From: a bacterium
Lineage (GTDB): Bacteria > Armatimonadota > Zipacnadia > Zipacnadales > Zipacnadaceae
Direction: 5' to 3'
Length of the DNA: 64,000 nt
Assembly (NCBI GenBank): GCA_030602615.1
Contig: JAUVZM010000001.1
Coordinates: forward strand, 73,720 to 137,719
The position numbers and the translations under genes are program-made. Each line of letters opens with the position of its first letter. Positions within the stretch are counted from its first letter, which is position 1. The notes under the pieces are model-generated. The model ran no database searches. It had not been told where the DNA came from and worked only from the letters and a program-made list of their open reading frames with translations. Of the stretch, positions 30,555-39,848 are shown one piece after another.

Positions 30555-31979
30555 TTGGAATTGATTACTTTCCGCCTCGACGGTGGGTTCACGGAAGCCC
30601 AACTGGATCAGGTATACAGCGAAACTTTCCAGGTACTTGAGGAAATCGGCGTGGAGGTCGGCGACGACGAGATTCGTCAGTATCTGGGAGAGTTACCGGG
30701 CATCTCCGTGCGAGGCACACGGGTCTGCTATGCCCCCAGCCTGGTGAAAGAATGGATCGAAGTCATCAAAGAGGACAATCTTGAGTACGCTTACAACCGC
30801 AAAGACGGCCGCATCCGGATGGTCGGACCGTACATGGGACAGTACTATCACGACCCAGACACCGACGAGGTGCGGCTAGCGACCGGGGCGGATATGAGCC
30901 TTGCGGTGAAGCTGTGCGACGCCCTTGACTTCTACGGTCCCTCGCCGATCCACCTGCAGACCGTCCCTCCACCTGTTCGCCAAGTGACGACCTTCAAGAT
31001 CTGTGTGGAGAACAGCCGAGAAGTCGGTGGCTGGGGGCCGGCGGCCACCGAGAAGGACGGATACTGGCTGTGCCAGATTGGTGAAGCGGCAGGGCGCCAG
31101 CCTCCGCACTGCTGTATGGAGATCCCCATCAGCCCCCTGCGGCTCAACCACAAGGCTCTACGGATGATTTACAATCGCCGTAATCAGGATGATCAACTGA
31201 CCGGCATGGTACTGGGCGGCGGGGTTGTGCCGATGCCTGGAGCAACGGCGCCCATCTTTGCGCCAGCCTGCTTTATCCAGAGCATGGCCGAGGCCCTGGC
31301 CGCCTACATCACCCCTCAGTTAATTGATCCCCGAGTGCAGGGGTACTGCTCGTTCGGCGGTAAGCTGTTCGATCTGCGGCGTATGACCCCAAGTATTATG
31401 TTTCCCGAGACTGCCCTGTACACCAGCTTGGTCCGGCAGGTCATTCAGCGTTTCTTAGGTGAGACGATGGGCGGTCAACTCGCCGATGTGGGTATCATGA
31501 AAAGATTCGAAGACTACAGTGTGGACGGGTTTGGCAGCCCACAGGCCACCCTTGAGTTGGGCTTCCGCATAGCCCTGGACATCCTGGCCGGTGCGCGCAC
31601 CTTCCTGGGAGTAGGTGGGTACGGTGATGGCTTCTGTCCCGTGACGGCGGTTATTGAGGCCGACCTGGTGAACCACTTTACTAAATTCATTGCTGGCTGC
31701 GCATACCGTTATGAACCCGGGATCAATCTACGCACTATGACCGAGGCCCTGGAGGACAAAAACTACCTGGCGCATCCCACGACGCTAGAGTATCGTGAGC
31801 TGTATCTAATCCCAGAGTTGGTCTTCAGGCATGACACGCGCCCGGAACTGGTCGCCGCCGCTTGGGAGAAGGCCCAACAGATAGTCGCCGAGCACGACTA
31901 TGCGCTGCCCGAGGACGTACAGCGCAACGTCACAGAAGTCTACGAAGCGGCGTGTGCAGACCTACTGGAAGGGAAGTAG
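30555..31979 (+). CDS. MttB-superfamily methyltransferase, non-pyrrolysine member (quaternary-amine:corrinoid methyltransferase-like)
   Basis: 474 aa, TTG start after GGGAG. PMPGATAPIFAPACFIQSMAEALAAYIT resembles the MttB GATAP...AGxL block. No in-frame amber codon. Confidence 0.55.
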   Translation: MELITFRLDGGFTEAQLDQVYSETFQVLEEIGVEVGDDEIRQYLGELPGISVRGTRVCYAPSLVKEWIEVIKEDNLEYAYNRKDGRIRMVGPYMGQYYHDPDTDEVRLATGADMSLAVKLCDALDFYGPSPIHLQTVPPPVRQVTTFKICVENSREVGGWGPAATEKDGYWLCQIGEAAGRQPPHCCMEIPISPLRLNHKALRMIYNRRNQDDQLTGMVLGGGVVPMPGATAPIFAPACFIQSMAEALAAYITPQLIDPRVQGYCSFGGKLFDLRRMTPSIMFPETALYTSLVRQVIQRFLGETMGGQLADVGIMKRFEDYSVDGFGSPQATLELGFRIALDILAGARTFLGVGGYGDGFCPVTAVIEADLVNHFTKFIAGCAYRYEPGINLRTMTEALEDKNYLAHPTTLEYRELYLIPELVFRHDTRPELVAAAWEKAQQIVAEHDYALPEDVQRNVTEVYEAACADLLEGK

Positions 31980-31982
31980 ACC

Positions 31983-32930
31983 ATGGGGCTGCAAATCAGA
32001 GATTTCGCGCCTGTGGGTGCTGATCTGGCGACCATCTGCCACATCTGGAACGAAGCGGTGGCCCCAGAATCAGAATTGTATCTGCATATGACGCCAGAGT
32101 TGCTGGCCGAGCGGCTTGCCGGTCGCTCTGGTACACCTAGGCGCATCTGCCTACTGGCGCAAGCCCAGGGCGAAGCCATAGGGCTGGCCGTAGGGACGGT
32201 GACGCCAGCGGCAGCCCCTGAAGCGGCCAATCTGGCCTGTGTAGCAGTGTTGCCGCAGGCCCGGTGGCATGGTATCGGCTCAGCCCTACTAGCTGAAATT
32301 GAGGAAAGAAGCCGGGCCGCCGGCTGCACCAAGTTGAAGGTGGGCTCTGCTTCCCAGGTCCGGCTGGCCCACGGCGTTGCCCCGACTACACCCGGCCATC
32401 TGTGGCTGCTGCACAAAGGCTTTCGCGTCGCCAAAGACGAATTGTTCATGCGCATGGCATTCGGCACATGGCAAATGCCAGGGCAGATCCAGCAAATAAT
32501 CGAGGGCCTCTGCGCTCAGGGCGTTGACTTTCGCATAGCGACAAAGGGTGACCTGCCTGGGCTTATGGCCACTGCCCGAGAGTTTAGCGACCATCTACCC
32601 CAGATATTCCAGGATAACGTGGCGGGAGCCAAGGGCGCACCGGTGCTGATTGCAGTAGAGGGTGGACAGGTGGTGGGGTTCGTCGGCCCGCTGACGGTAT
32701 CGAAGTGCGGCTTTGCCGACTTCGCTTTTATAGGTGTTTCTGAGACTTACCGGGGTCGGGGGATCGGCAAGGCGCTGTTCTATCTTTGCTTGGACAATTT
32801 CCAGGAACGCGGCGCCCGCGCTTTTGAGCTGGTGACCGACTCGACCAACCCTGCGCAGAAATTGTATCTGGACGCGGGCATGCGCCTGGTGACTGTGTTA
32901 TTACATCTTGAGAAGCGTCTGGGCCACTGA
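31983..32930 (+). CDS. Tandem-GNAT N-acetyltransferase
   Basis: 315 aa with two acetyl-CoA binding cores (VLPQARWHGIGSALL and VSETYRGRGIGKALF). ATG lies 4 nt after the MttB stop. Confidence 0.7.
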   Translation: MGLQIRDFAPVGADLATICHIWNEAVAPESELYLHMTPELLAERLAGRSGTPRRICLLAQAQGEAIGLAVGTVTPAAAPEAANLACVAVLPQARWHGIGSALLAEIEERSRAAGCTKLKVGSASQVRLAHGVAPTTPGHLWLLHKGFRVAKDELFMRMAFGTWQMPGQIQQIIEGLCAQGVDFRIATKGDLPGLMATAREFSDHLPQIFQDNVAGAKGAPVLIAVEGGQVVGFVGPLTVSKCGFADFAFIGVSETYRGRGIGKALFYLCLDNFQERGARAFELVTDSTNPAQKLYLDAGMRLVTVLLHLEKRLGH

Positions 32931-33338
32931 GGTCACGCCATAGGGCGTCGGCCCCCTCCGAGGCTTGTCAAGTCCAAGGCAGAATACGTCCAATACAGAG
33001 GTTAGGCGAGCCCAAGACGCCACAGGAGGAGAACGACGAGTTGGAAGATACTTGTCCAACTCAAGGCAGCCTCAGCCTGTGGCGTAATCATTACGACCGC
33101 CTCTACAGAACACTGAGCAATTCAACACATATCTTCGCCGTCAAGTCCCAAATAGGAGGCTCGTCTCCCCACCGGGGCAGGAATATCGTTCAATACCCAA
33201 AGAGTTAGGCGGATCTAAAGGCTCCGGTCTGGCTAGGCCAGAGCATTTCTTGTGTAGCACTCGCATAGTGACCACAGGGCTGAGAGGAATCTATGCACTC
33301 ATCGCTGGCAAATTCCTCCGTCACTGCTTTCTGGCCGG

Positions 33339-34739
33339 CTACCCCAGTCCGACTACGTTGACGAGCAGCAGGCTCAATCCGAAGTAGATAAGTAGCGCGA
33401 AGCTGTCATTGAGGGTGGTCACCAGTGGGCCGGAGGCGACGGCGGGATCGATATTCCAGCGGTTGAACAGGAGGGGCATAACGGCTCCCACCATCGAGGC
33501 CCAGACGACTGCGCAGAACAGGGCTGTCCCGATCAGCGGAGCGTAGGCCATCTCGCCAGTGAGCAGCCCGGCGCCCAAGCCGGCCAGCACTGCGCAACTC
33601 AGGCCCACCAGTACGGCAATCAGCAACTCGCGGACCAGCATTCGGTATAGACCCACCCGGCCGATCAAGCCCAGAGCCAGCCCGCGTACGACGATAGTCG
33701 ATGATTGCAGTCCGCTGTTGCCACTCGTTGCGTTAATGACAGGGATAAAGGCCGCCAGGGCGATAAGCGGTCCCAGCAGGCTGGCGGTGAACAGGCGGAT
33801 AACGGCTGCCGAGACAAAGGTCCCGGCCAGACAGATAATCAGCCAGGGCAAGCGCAGGCGGGCGATGCGGAAGCTGGAGCCGGTGGCTAGCGCCTCAGCG
33901 CGGGTGCCGCCCAGCCGGCTGATGTCCTCGGTGTGTTCAGCTTGCATTGCGTCAATAACGTCGTCAATAGTTACGACACCCAATAATCTATCGTCCTCGT
34001 CAACGACCGGCAGGGCCATCAAGTCGTACTTGTCCACCAGGCGCACTGCCTCAGTCCGATCGCTATCTGGACTTATTGTCACCACATCGGTGACCATGGT
34101 CTCAGCCAGGGGCTTATGAGGCGGCGCGGTGACCAGCTCGGGTATGTCCACCACGCCCAGCAACCGCCTGCTCTCTTCGTCCACCACATAGATGTAGCTG
34201 AGCACCTGCGCCTCCACCTGCTGGCTGCGCAGGTGGGCGATAACATCTGCTGGAGTGAGGTCAGGTGGCGCGTAGACCAGCTCGGAGGTCATCAAGCCGC
34301 CCGCGGTCTCCGGGCCAAACTGCAGCAGTCCTCGTAGTTCCTCCGACTCTTCATCAGGAATGCGCTCCAGGACACGGTGGGCGGTCTGCTCGTCAAGTTG
34401 GCTGACCATATCACTACCGGCATCGGGGGGCATAGCGTCGATGATTTCGGCCAGTTCGGCCTCTTCGGTGGCCTCGGCCAGGTCGGCGCTTATCTCGTCG
34501 TCAACCTCTTCCAGAACTACCCCGGCCTCGGCGCTGTCGAGCAGGCGGAACAGGACCTCGCGCTCGTCGGGGTCCAGCTCGCGCATAGCAAAGGCGATAT
34601 CAATCGGGTGATAGCCGCTGATGAGTCCTTCCAGCGCACCGGGCACCTGGCTGCGGGCGGCGGCGCGAATCGCTGCTGCCACATCCTCCGGATGCTGGGC
34701 CCGCGGGAATTGGTTGTCGGAGTGTTGCGTATCCGTCAC
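33339..34739 (-). CDS. mgtE: Magnesium transporter MgtE
   Basis: 466 aa. MgtE N-domain, CBS pair, 5-TM C-terminal domain. Confidence 0.9.
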   Translation of the reverse strand: MTDTQHSDNQFPRAQHPEDVAAAIRAAARSQVPGALEGLISGYHPIDIAFAMRELDPDEREVLFRLLDSAEAGVVLEEVDDEISADLAEATEEAELAEIIDAMPPDAGSDMVSQLDEQTAHRVLERIPDEESEELRGLLQFGPETAGGLMTSELVYAPPDLTPADVIAHLRSQQVEAQVLSYIYVVDEESRRLLGVVDIPELVTAPPHKPLAETMVTDVVTISPDSDRTEAVRLVDKYDLMALPVVDEDDRLLGVVTIDDVIDAMQAEHTEDISRLGGTRAEALATGSSFRIARLRLPWLIICLAGTFVSAAVIRLFTASLLGPLIALAAFIPVINATSGNSGLQSSTIVVRGLALGLIGRVGLYRMLVRELLIAVLVGLSCAVLAGLGAGLLTGEMAYAPLIGTALFCAVVWASMVGAVMPLLFNRWNIDPAVASGPLVTTLNDSFALLIYFGLSLLLVNVVGLG

Positions 34740-34898
34740 TGTCTCTAACTCCTGGCTAACTGGACATAATCAGAGGCTTCCTACCAACTTTCGTCATGTA
34801 CATTGGCAGTTGAGGGCGCGTTATCTCCAGGCACCAGCCTGTTTTACAGAAAGTTCGAGTGACTGCTTACCTGCGCGTATCTTCCCTGCAGGTCCCGC

Positions 34899-35573
34899 TC
34901 AGGCCTGCGCATTGAGAAATTCTTCCTGCTCCTGGCGCATCCGGGCGATGCTGGTCATCACCTGGTGGGTAACTTCCTGGAGCTGTTCTTTGTGCAGGCG
35001 GCGACTCTCGAACTTATCGAAGGTGATTGGTTCACCGAAGCTGACCTGTACGATGCCCCGATGCAGGTACCAGGCTCCGCGCGGCAGGACCTGGTCGGTA
35101 CCACTGAGGGCGCAGGGGATTATGGGGACGCCGGCGCGGGAGGCGATCAGAGCTGCTCCAACCTTGCCTTCTTCCAGCTTGCCGTCGGCGCTGCGCCCGC
35201 CCTCGGGAAAGACGAGCAGTAGCTCACCAGCTTGTAGCAGCCTAATAGCATGGCGAAAGGCAGCTATATCGCTGATCTCTCGATCCACGGGGAAGGCGTA
35301 GCACTTGCGAATAATCCATCCGAAAATTGGTATCTCAAAGAGTTCCTTCTTGGCGAAAGAGTACGCCCGGCGGGGCAATGCGCTACCGACCGCCGGCGGG
35401 TCCAGATACGAGACGTGATTAGGTGCAATTGCTGCGCCACCAGTCTCCGGCACATTGTCCCGTCCCACCACCCGCCAGCCGCCCAGCAGCCGCAGCAGCC
35501 CGGGCAGAAACACGTGCAACGCCTGGTAATGCGGCCAGGTCCAGGAGCGAATTGGCTCAGGTGCCTTGTGCAT
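34899..35573 (-). CDS. plsC: 1-acyl-sn-glycerol-3-phosphate acyltransferase
   Basis: NHVSYLD (HX4D) and FPEGGRS motifs. Start set to ATG 35573, downstream of the cmk stop. Confidence 0.8.
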   Translation of the reverse strand: MHKAPEPIRSWTWPHYQALHVFLPGLLRLLGGWRVVGRDNVPETGGAAIAPNHVSYLDPPAVGSALPRRAYSFAKKELFEIPIFGWIIRKCYAFPVDREISDIAAFRHAIRLLQAGELLLVFPEGGRSADGKLEEGKVGAALIASRAGVPIIPCALSGTDQVLPRGAWYLHRGIVQVSFGEPITFDKFESRRLHKEQLQEVTHQVMTSIARMRQEQEEFLNAQA

Positions 35574-36276
35574 CGGTCCCCCCGCGGGCCAGCGCATCTT
35601 GCAGCCAGCTTTCCAGTACGTCCACAACCTGCTGGACAGTCAGTTCATCAGTAACCAGTTCACGGGCATCTTCGGCTGGGCGCAACGGTGCCACTGCCCG
35701 CGAGCTGTCGCGCTTATCCCGCTCGAGCTGGTCGCGCAGGACCTGCTCGTAGTCTTCGATAATGCCCTGCTCCTGGAGCTGCCGCCAGCGGCGCCGCGCC
35801 CGCTCTCCGGCTGTTGCAGTCAGAAAAACCTTCAGATCCGCATCGGGCAGTACCACCGTTCCGATATCGCGCCCTTCCATAATCACGCCGCCCGGAGCAG
35901 CCATCTGCCGCTGGGCGGCGACCAGATGCTCGCGCACCGCGGGGATGGCTGAGACCGGCGAGGAAAGATTGCCCACCTCCACGCTACGAATCACCTCTTC
36001 GACGTCTTCACCGTCCCCGAACAGGTGCTGCTCATCACCGACTTGCTGGAACTCGAAGGTAAGCTCTCCTGCTAGATTGCCAATCTCTTGGGCATCTCTC
36101 TCCGCGTCCAATCCTGCTTGGCTTGCCCGATACGCCACCGCCCGGTACATTGCCCCACTGTCAACGTAGATATAGCCCAGCCGCCGGGCCAGCATCTGGG
36201 CGACGGTGCTCTTACCGCAACCCGCCGGGCCGTCAATGGCCACTACACCTTTGCCTTTGGCCAGGGATTCAGTCAT
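35557..36276 (-). CDS. cmk: Cytidylate kinase
   Basis: P-loop AIDGPAGCGKST and Cmk-family similarity throughout. Confidence 0.9.
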   Translation of the reverse strand: MTESLAKGKGVVAIDGPAGCGKSTVAQMLARRLGYIYVDSGAMYRAVAYRASQAGLDAERDAQEIGNLAGELTFEFQQVGDEQHLFGDGEDVEEVIRSVEVGNLSSPVSAIPAVREHLVAAQRQMAAPGGVIMEGRDIGTVVLPDADLKVFLTATAGERARRRWRQLQEQGIIEDYEQVLRDQLERDKRDSSRAVAPLRPAEDARELVTDELTVQQVVDVLESWLQDALARGGTDAQGT

Positions 36277-37591
36277 TGTGCGCCTCATCCGGTGATATAT
36301 TGCTGCCTAACTGAGCAAGTGCATCAGCAAATCCCGGAAACGACGTATCAATGCAGACTGTATCCTCCACGACACTCTGACCCACTGCAATCAAGCCCGC
36401 TACCACTGCCGTCATAGCGATGCGATGGTCGCCGTAGCTGTTTACGGTGGCTCGGTGCAACCGGGTAGGTCCGGTGATGACCAGTCCGTCCGGCCGCTCT
36501 TGGACATCGCCGCCGAAGGTCTGCAATACCTGCGCGGTTGTTGCCAGGCGATCGGATTCCTTCACGCGCAGTTCGGCGGCGTCGCGAATAACTGTCTGCC
36601 CCTTGGCCTGAGTGGCAACAAGCGCCAGGATCGGCACCTCGTCAAGCATCCGGGGTATCTCGTCACCGCCTACCTCGGTGGCAACAGGCTCGCTGGTGCG
36701 TGCGGTGATATCGCCCCGTTCTTCGCTGCCGACCTGCCGGCGATCTGTCACTTCCACGTCACCACCCATTCGCTGCAGGATGTCCAGCAGGCCAGTGCGC
36801 GTCGGATTCAGCAGAACATTACGCACGGTCACCTGTGAGTCGGGCGCAAGCAGGGCAGCAGCCAGCAGGAACGCCGCCGACGAGATGTCGCCAGGTACCA
36901 CTATCTCCGCGCCACGCAGCTTGGGCGAGCCAATCACGCTGACCTGCAGTTCGTCAACTGTAATCTCAGCGCCGCAGGCCGCCAGCATGCGCTCGGTGTG
37001 GTCGCGCGAAGGCCCCGGCTCAATCACTGTAGTGATCCCTTCGGCATAAAGCCCGGCCAGCAGCACTGCTGACTTGACCTGCGCGCTGGCCGTCGGCGTA
37101 TGGTAGGTGATGGCCTCAGGCTGACCGCCGCATACGGTAACCGGCGGCGTGCAGCGCTCTCCCTGGCCGGTAACCTCTATGCCCATCTGTCCCAGGGGGA
37201 TGGCGATGCGATCCATAGGCCGGCGGCGCAGTGATTCATCGCCGGTCAGCGTAGTGGTAAAATCCTGGCCGGCCAGCACCCCCATCAGCAGCCGCATACC
37301 AGTGCCGGAGTTGCCCAGGTCCAGCGGCTTGCCCGGGTCACGCAGCCCTCTCAGCCCCACGCCGTGCACTACCATATCGTCCTGACCCAGGTTGTCAATC
37401 TTTACACCCATTGCGACGAGGGCCTGGGCGGTTTTGCGGCAGTCGGCGGCGTCCAGGAAGCCGCTAATTTGGGTTCTGCCCTCGGCCAGGGCTCCGAGAA
37501 TTATTGACCGGTGGGAGATGGACTTGTCGCCGGGCACGGTCAACTCGCCACGCAGGCCAGTCACCGAGCCACGCACGCGCAGGGCGGTCAT
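36269..37591 (-). CDS. aroA: 3-phosphoshikimate 1-carboxyvinyltransferase (EPSP synthase)
   Basis: LTVPGDKSISHRS N-terminal motif. Start chosen at ATG 37591 (MTALRV...) abutting the tyrA stop. The tool ORF extends to 37645. Confidence 0.9.
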   Translation of the reverse strand: MTALRVRGSVTGLRGELTVPGDKSISHRSIILGALAEGRTQISGFLDAADCRKTAQALVAMGVKIDNLGQDDMVVHGVGLRGLRDPGKPLDLGNSGTGMRLLMGVLAGQDFTTTLTGDESLRRRPMDRIAIPLGQMGIEVTGQGERCTPPVTVCGGQPEAITYHTPTASAQVKSAVLLAGLYAEGITTVIEPGPSRDHTERMLAACGAEITVDELQVSVIGSPKLRGAEIVVPGDISSAAFLLAAALLAPDSQVTVRNVLLNPTRTGLLDILQRMGGDVEVTDRRQVGSEERGDITARTSEPVATEVGGDEIPRMLDEVPILALVATQAKGQTVIRDAAELRVKESDRLATTAQVLQTFGGDVQERPDGLVITGPTRLHRATVNSYGDHRIAMTAVVAGLIAVGQSVVEDTVCIDTSFPGFADALAQLGSNISPDEAHND

Positions 37592-38454
37592 CGGCCCGTC
37601 AGCCTCCGGCGCGCCTGGCGAGCTTCGATCAGCAGCCGCTCGCACGCATCGGAGTCTGCCTCATGCAATGCCGCTGCCAGGGCCTGCAATGCGGCGATCA
37701 ATTCCTCCACGCTATCTCCTAGATTGTCGGCATTGCTCATAAGGATGTCGCGCCATATCTCGGGCGACCCCTCTGCCAGGCGCGTAGTGTCGGTAAACCC
37801 CGTGCCCAGGAAATTGCCGAGTTCTTTGTGGCCACTTGTCAAGCGGTGTACGGTACCAGCCAGGGCCGCTGCGGCCAAGTGGGGGAGATGACTCGTCGCT
37901 GCCATCAGCCGATCATGATAGTCTGCCGCTTTCACGTCGGGGCGGGCCCCCAGTACTCGGACGAGCGCTAGCATGTGGTCCAATTCGTCTTGCGTTGTAG
38001 CCTCGCTTGGGGTGAGGTAGTACGCTGCGCCCTCGAAGAGGTCCGCCCGCGCCGCCCGCACTCCCGACTGTTCGGAGCCGGCCATGGGATGGCCGCCGAT
38101 GAAGGCAACCTGGTCAGGCAGCAGTTCGGCAGCGGCCTGCATCACCTCGCGCTTGGTGCTGCCGGCGTCGGTGACCAATGCTCCTGGCTCCAAGACATCA
38201 CGAATCTGCTCGAAGACGCTGCGGGTAGCGCCCACCGGCACTGCGATATAGACCAGATCGGCTCCCCGCACCGCCTGGGCGGGATCAGTAGTAACTTCGT
38301 CGGCTGCGCCAATCTCCAGCGCTGCCTGCAGCGTCTCGTCCGAGCGCGCCACGCCCACCACTGTCTCAACGATTCCGGCACGCTTAGCCGCCAGCGCGAA
38401 CGACCCGCCGATAAGACCGATACCAATTATTGCTGTGCGTTTGTATTTCACCAA
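37588..38454 (-). CDS. tyrA: Prephenate / arogenate dehydrogenase
   Basis: Rossmann IAIIGIGLIGGS N-terminus and the TyrA C-terminal domain. Confidence 0.85.
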   Translation of the reverse strand: MVKYKRTAIIGIGLIGGSFALAAKRAGIVETVVGVARSDETLQAALEIGAADEVTTDPAQAVRGADLVYIAVPVGATRSVFEQIRDVLEPGALVTDAGSTKREVMQAAAELLPDQVAFIGGHPMAGSEQSGVRAARADLFEGAAYYLTPSEATTQDELDHMLALVRVLGARPDVKAADYHDRLMAATSHLPHLAAAALAGTVHRLTSGHKELGNFLGTGFTDTTRLAEGSPEIWRDILMSNADNLGDSVEELIAALQALAAALHEADSDACERLLIEARQARRRLTGR

Positions 38455-38468
38455 ATCTCCTCAGTCGG

Positions 38469-39488
38469 CTACAGTTCTTTGCCGATCGCCTGGGCCACCG
38501 CTCGTAGGTCGTTCATCAGCCGATGGAAGCTGGCCGGCGTCAGCGACTGTGGCCCGTCGGACAGGGCCTGGTCGGGATGCGGATGCACCTCAACGATTAG
38601 CCCGTCGGCACCGGCGGCGATGGCCGCTAGCGCCATCTGCGGGACCAGTTCGTGCATGCCCATACTGTGGCTGGGGTCGGCGATAACTGGCAGATGTGTC
38701 TCAAGCTGGGCGGCAGCCATCCCGCCTAAATCAAGCGTGAAACGGGTCTGGGTCTCGAAGCTGCGGATGCCCCGCTCACACATTATCACCCGCAGGTTCC
38801 CCGCCGCCGCGATATACTCTGCTGCACGCAGCCAGTCCTGGACCGTCGCCGCAAAGCCTCGCTTGAGCAGAACCGGCTTGTCGGTCTGGCCGACAGCGCG
38901 CAGCAGGTCGTAGTTCTGCATATTGCGGGCGCCGACCTGCAGCACATCAGCCGCCGCCAGCAGCTCCACCTGCCGGGGGTCCATCACTTCGGTGACGATG
39001 GGCAGCCCGGTCTCTTCGCGAGCGGCCAGCATTAGTTCCAAGCCCTTTTCCCCCAGGCCCTGGAACGAGTACGGCGAGGTGCGGGGTTTGTACACTCCGC
39101 CGCGCAGCGCGCAGGCCCCGGCCGCCTTCACCGCGCGAGCTGCCTCCAGAATCTGCTCCTCCGACTCAACTGCACAGGGGCCGGCGATTACCCCAATCTG
39201 AGAACTGCCAAATTCAACATCGCCTACCTTTACTTGGGTCGTCTGCGCTTGTGACTCGCGGCTGACCAGCTTATAGGACTTGAGAATGGGGACGACGCGG
39301 TCCACGTTGGGGAAACGCGACAGTTGCTCAGCGATGCTCTCCTTCTCACCCTCGGGCGCGCCCACTGCCCCGATGAGCGTGCGCTCGACGCCCCGCGAGA
39401 TGTGCGAATCATAGCCCCATTCCTTGAGCTTATCAGAAACGCGCTGGATGTCTTCCTCTGTGGCCTCTGGTCCCATTACGATGATCAT
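38469..39488 (-). CDS. DAHP synthase, class I-beta, with N-terminal ferredoxin-like regulatory domain
   Basis: 339 aa. KDSA-like TIM barrel (LLKRGFAATV, ADPSHS) preceded by a ~90-aa regulatory domain. Confidence 0.85.
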   Translation of the reverse strand: MIIVMGPEATEEDIQRVSDKLKEWGYDSHISRGVERTLIGAVGAPEGEKESIAEQLSRFPNVDRVVPILKSYKLVSRESQAQTTQVKVGDVEFGSSQIGVIAGPCAVESEEQILEAARAVKAAGACALRGGVYKPRTSPYSFQGLGEKGLELMLAAREETGLPIVTEVMDPRQVELLAAADVLQVGARNMQNYDLLRAVGQTDKPVLLKRGFAATVQDWLRAAEYIAAAGNLRVIMCERGIRSFETQTRFTLDLGGMAAAQLETHLPVIADPSHSMGMHELVPQMALAAIAAGADGLIVEVHPHPDQALSDGPQSLTPASFHRLMNDLRAVAQAIGKEL

Positions 39489-39531
39489 CGTTGTTTCTCA
39501 GTCCTCCGGACTATTTCACCTGTCAGCATCG

Positions 39532-39822
39532 TTACTCTTGGCCTCTACGATGGCGGATTCTTTGTACCACGGCATATACGCCGGCTGCGAGAATCGCCAG
39601 CGGTAGCACAGCCGAGGCCGTATGTGCCACAATCTGCCAGCCATTCAATTCCTTTGCGCTGCCCTCGCCCATCCATTCCAGCAATGCGGTACCAATGCCC
39701 AGTGCTCCTGAGATAACCAGGATCACACCGATGGCCACTTGAACTGCGGGTCTCAGCTTATGAAAGCTTAGACCAGTTGAGCCGTCCTCGGCTCTTGCCG
39801 AATTGTGATTTATGCTTTGCAA
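39532..39822 (-). CDS. Small hypothetical membrane protein
   Basis: 96 aa with 2 hydrophobic helices. Confidence 0.3.
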   Translation of the reverse strand: MQSINHNSARAEDGSTGLSFHKLRPAVQVAIGVILVISGALGIGTALLEWMGEGSAKELNGWQIVAHTASAVLPLAILAAGVYAVVQRIRHRRGQE

Positions 39823-39848
39823 ATCGATATACGTGCCTCCAGCCTAAC

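Noticed and set aside
33200-33230. Short palindrome TCTGGCTAGGCCAGA downstream of mgtE
   Set aside because: Loop too short and no U-tract. Unlikely to be a functional terminator.
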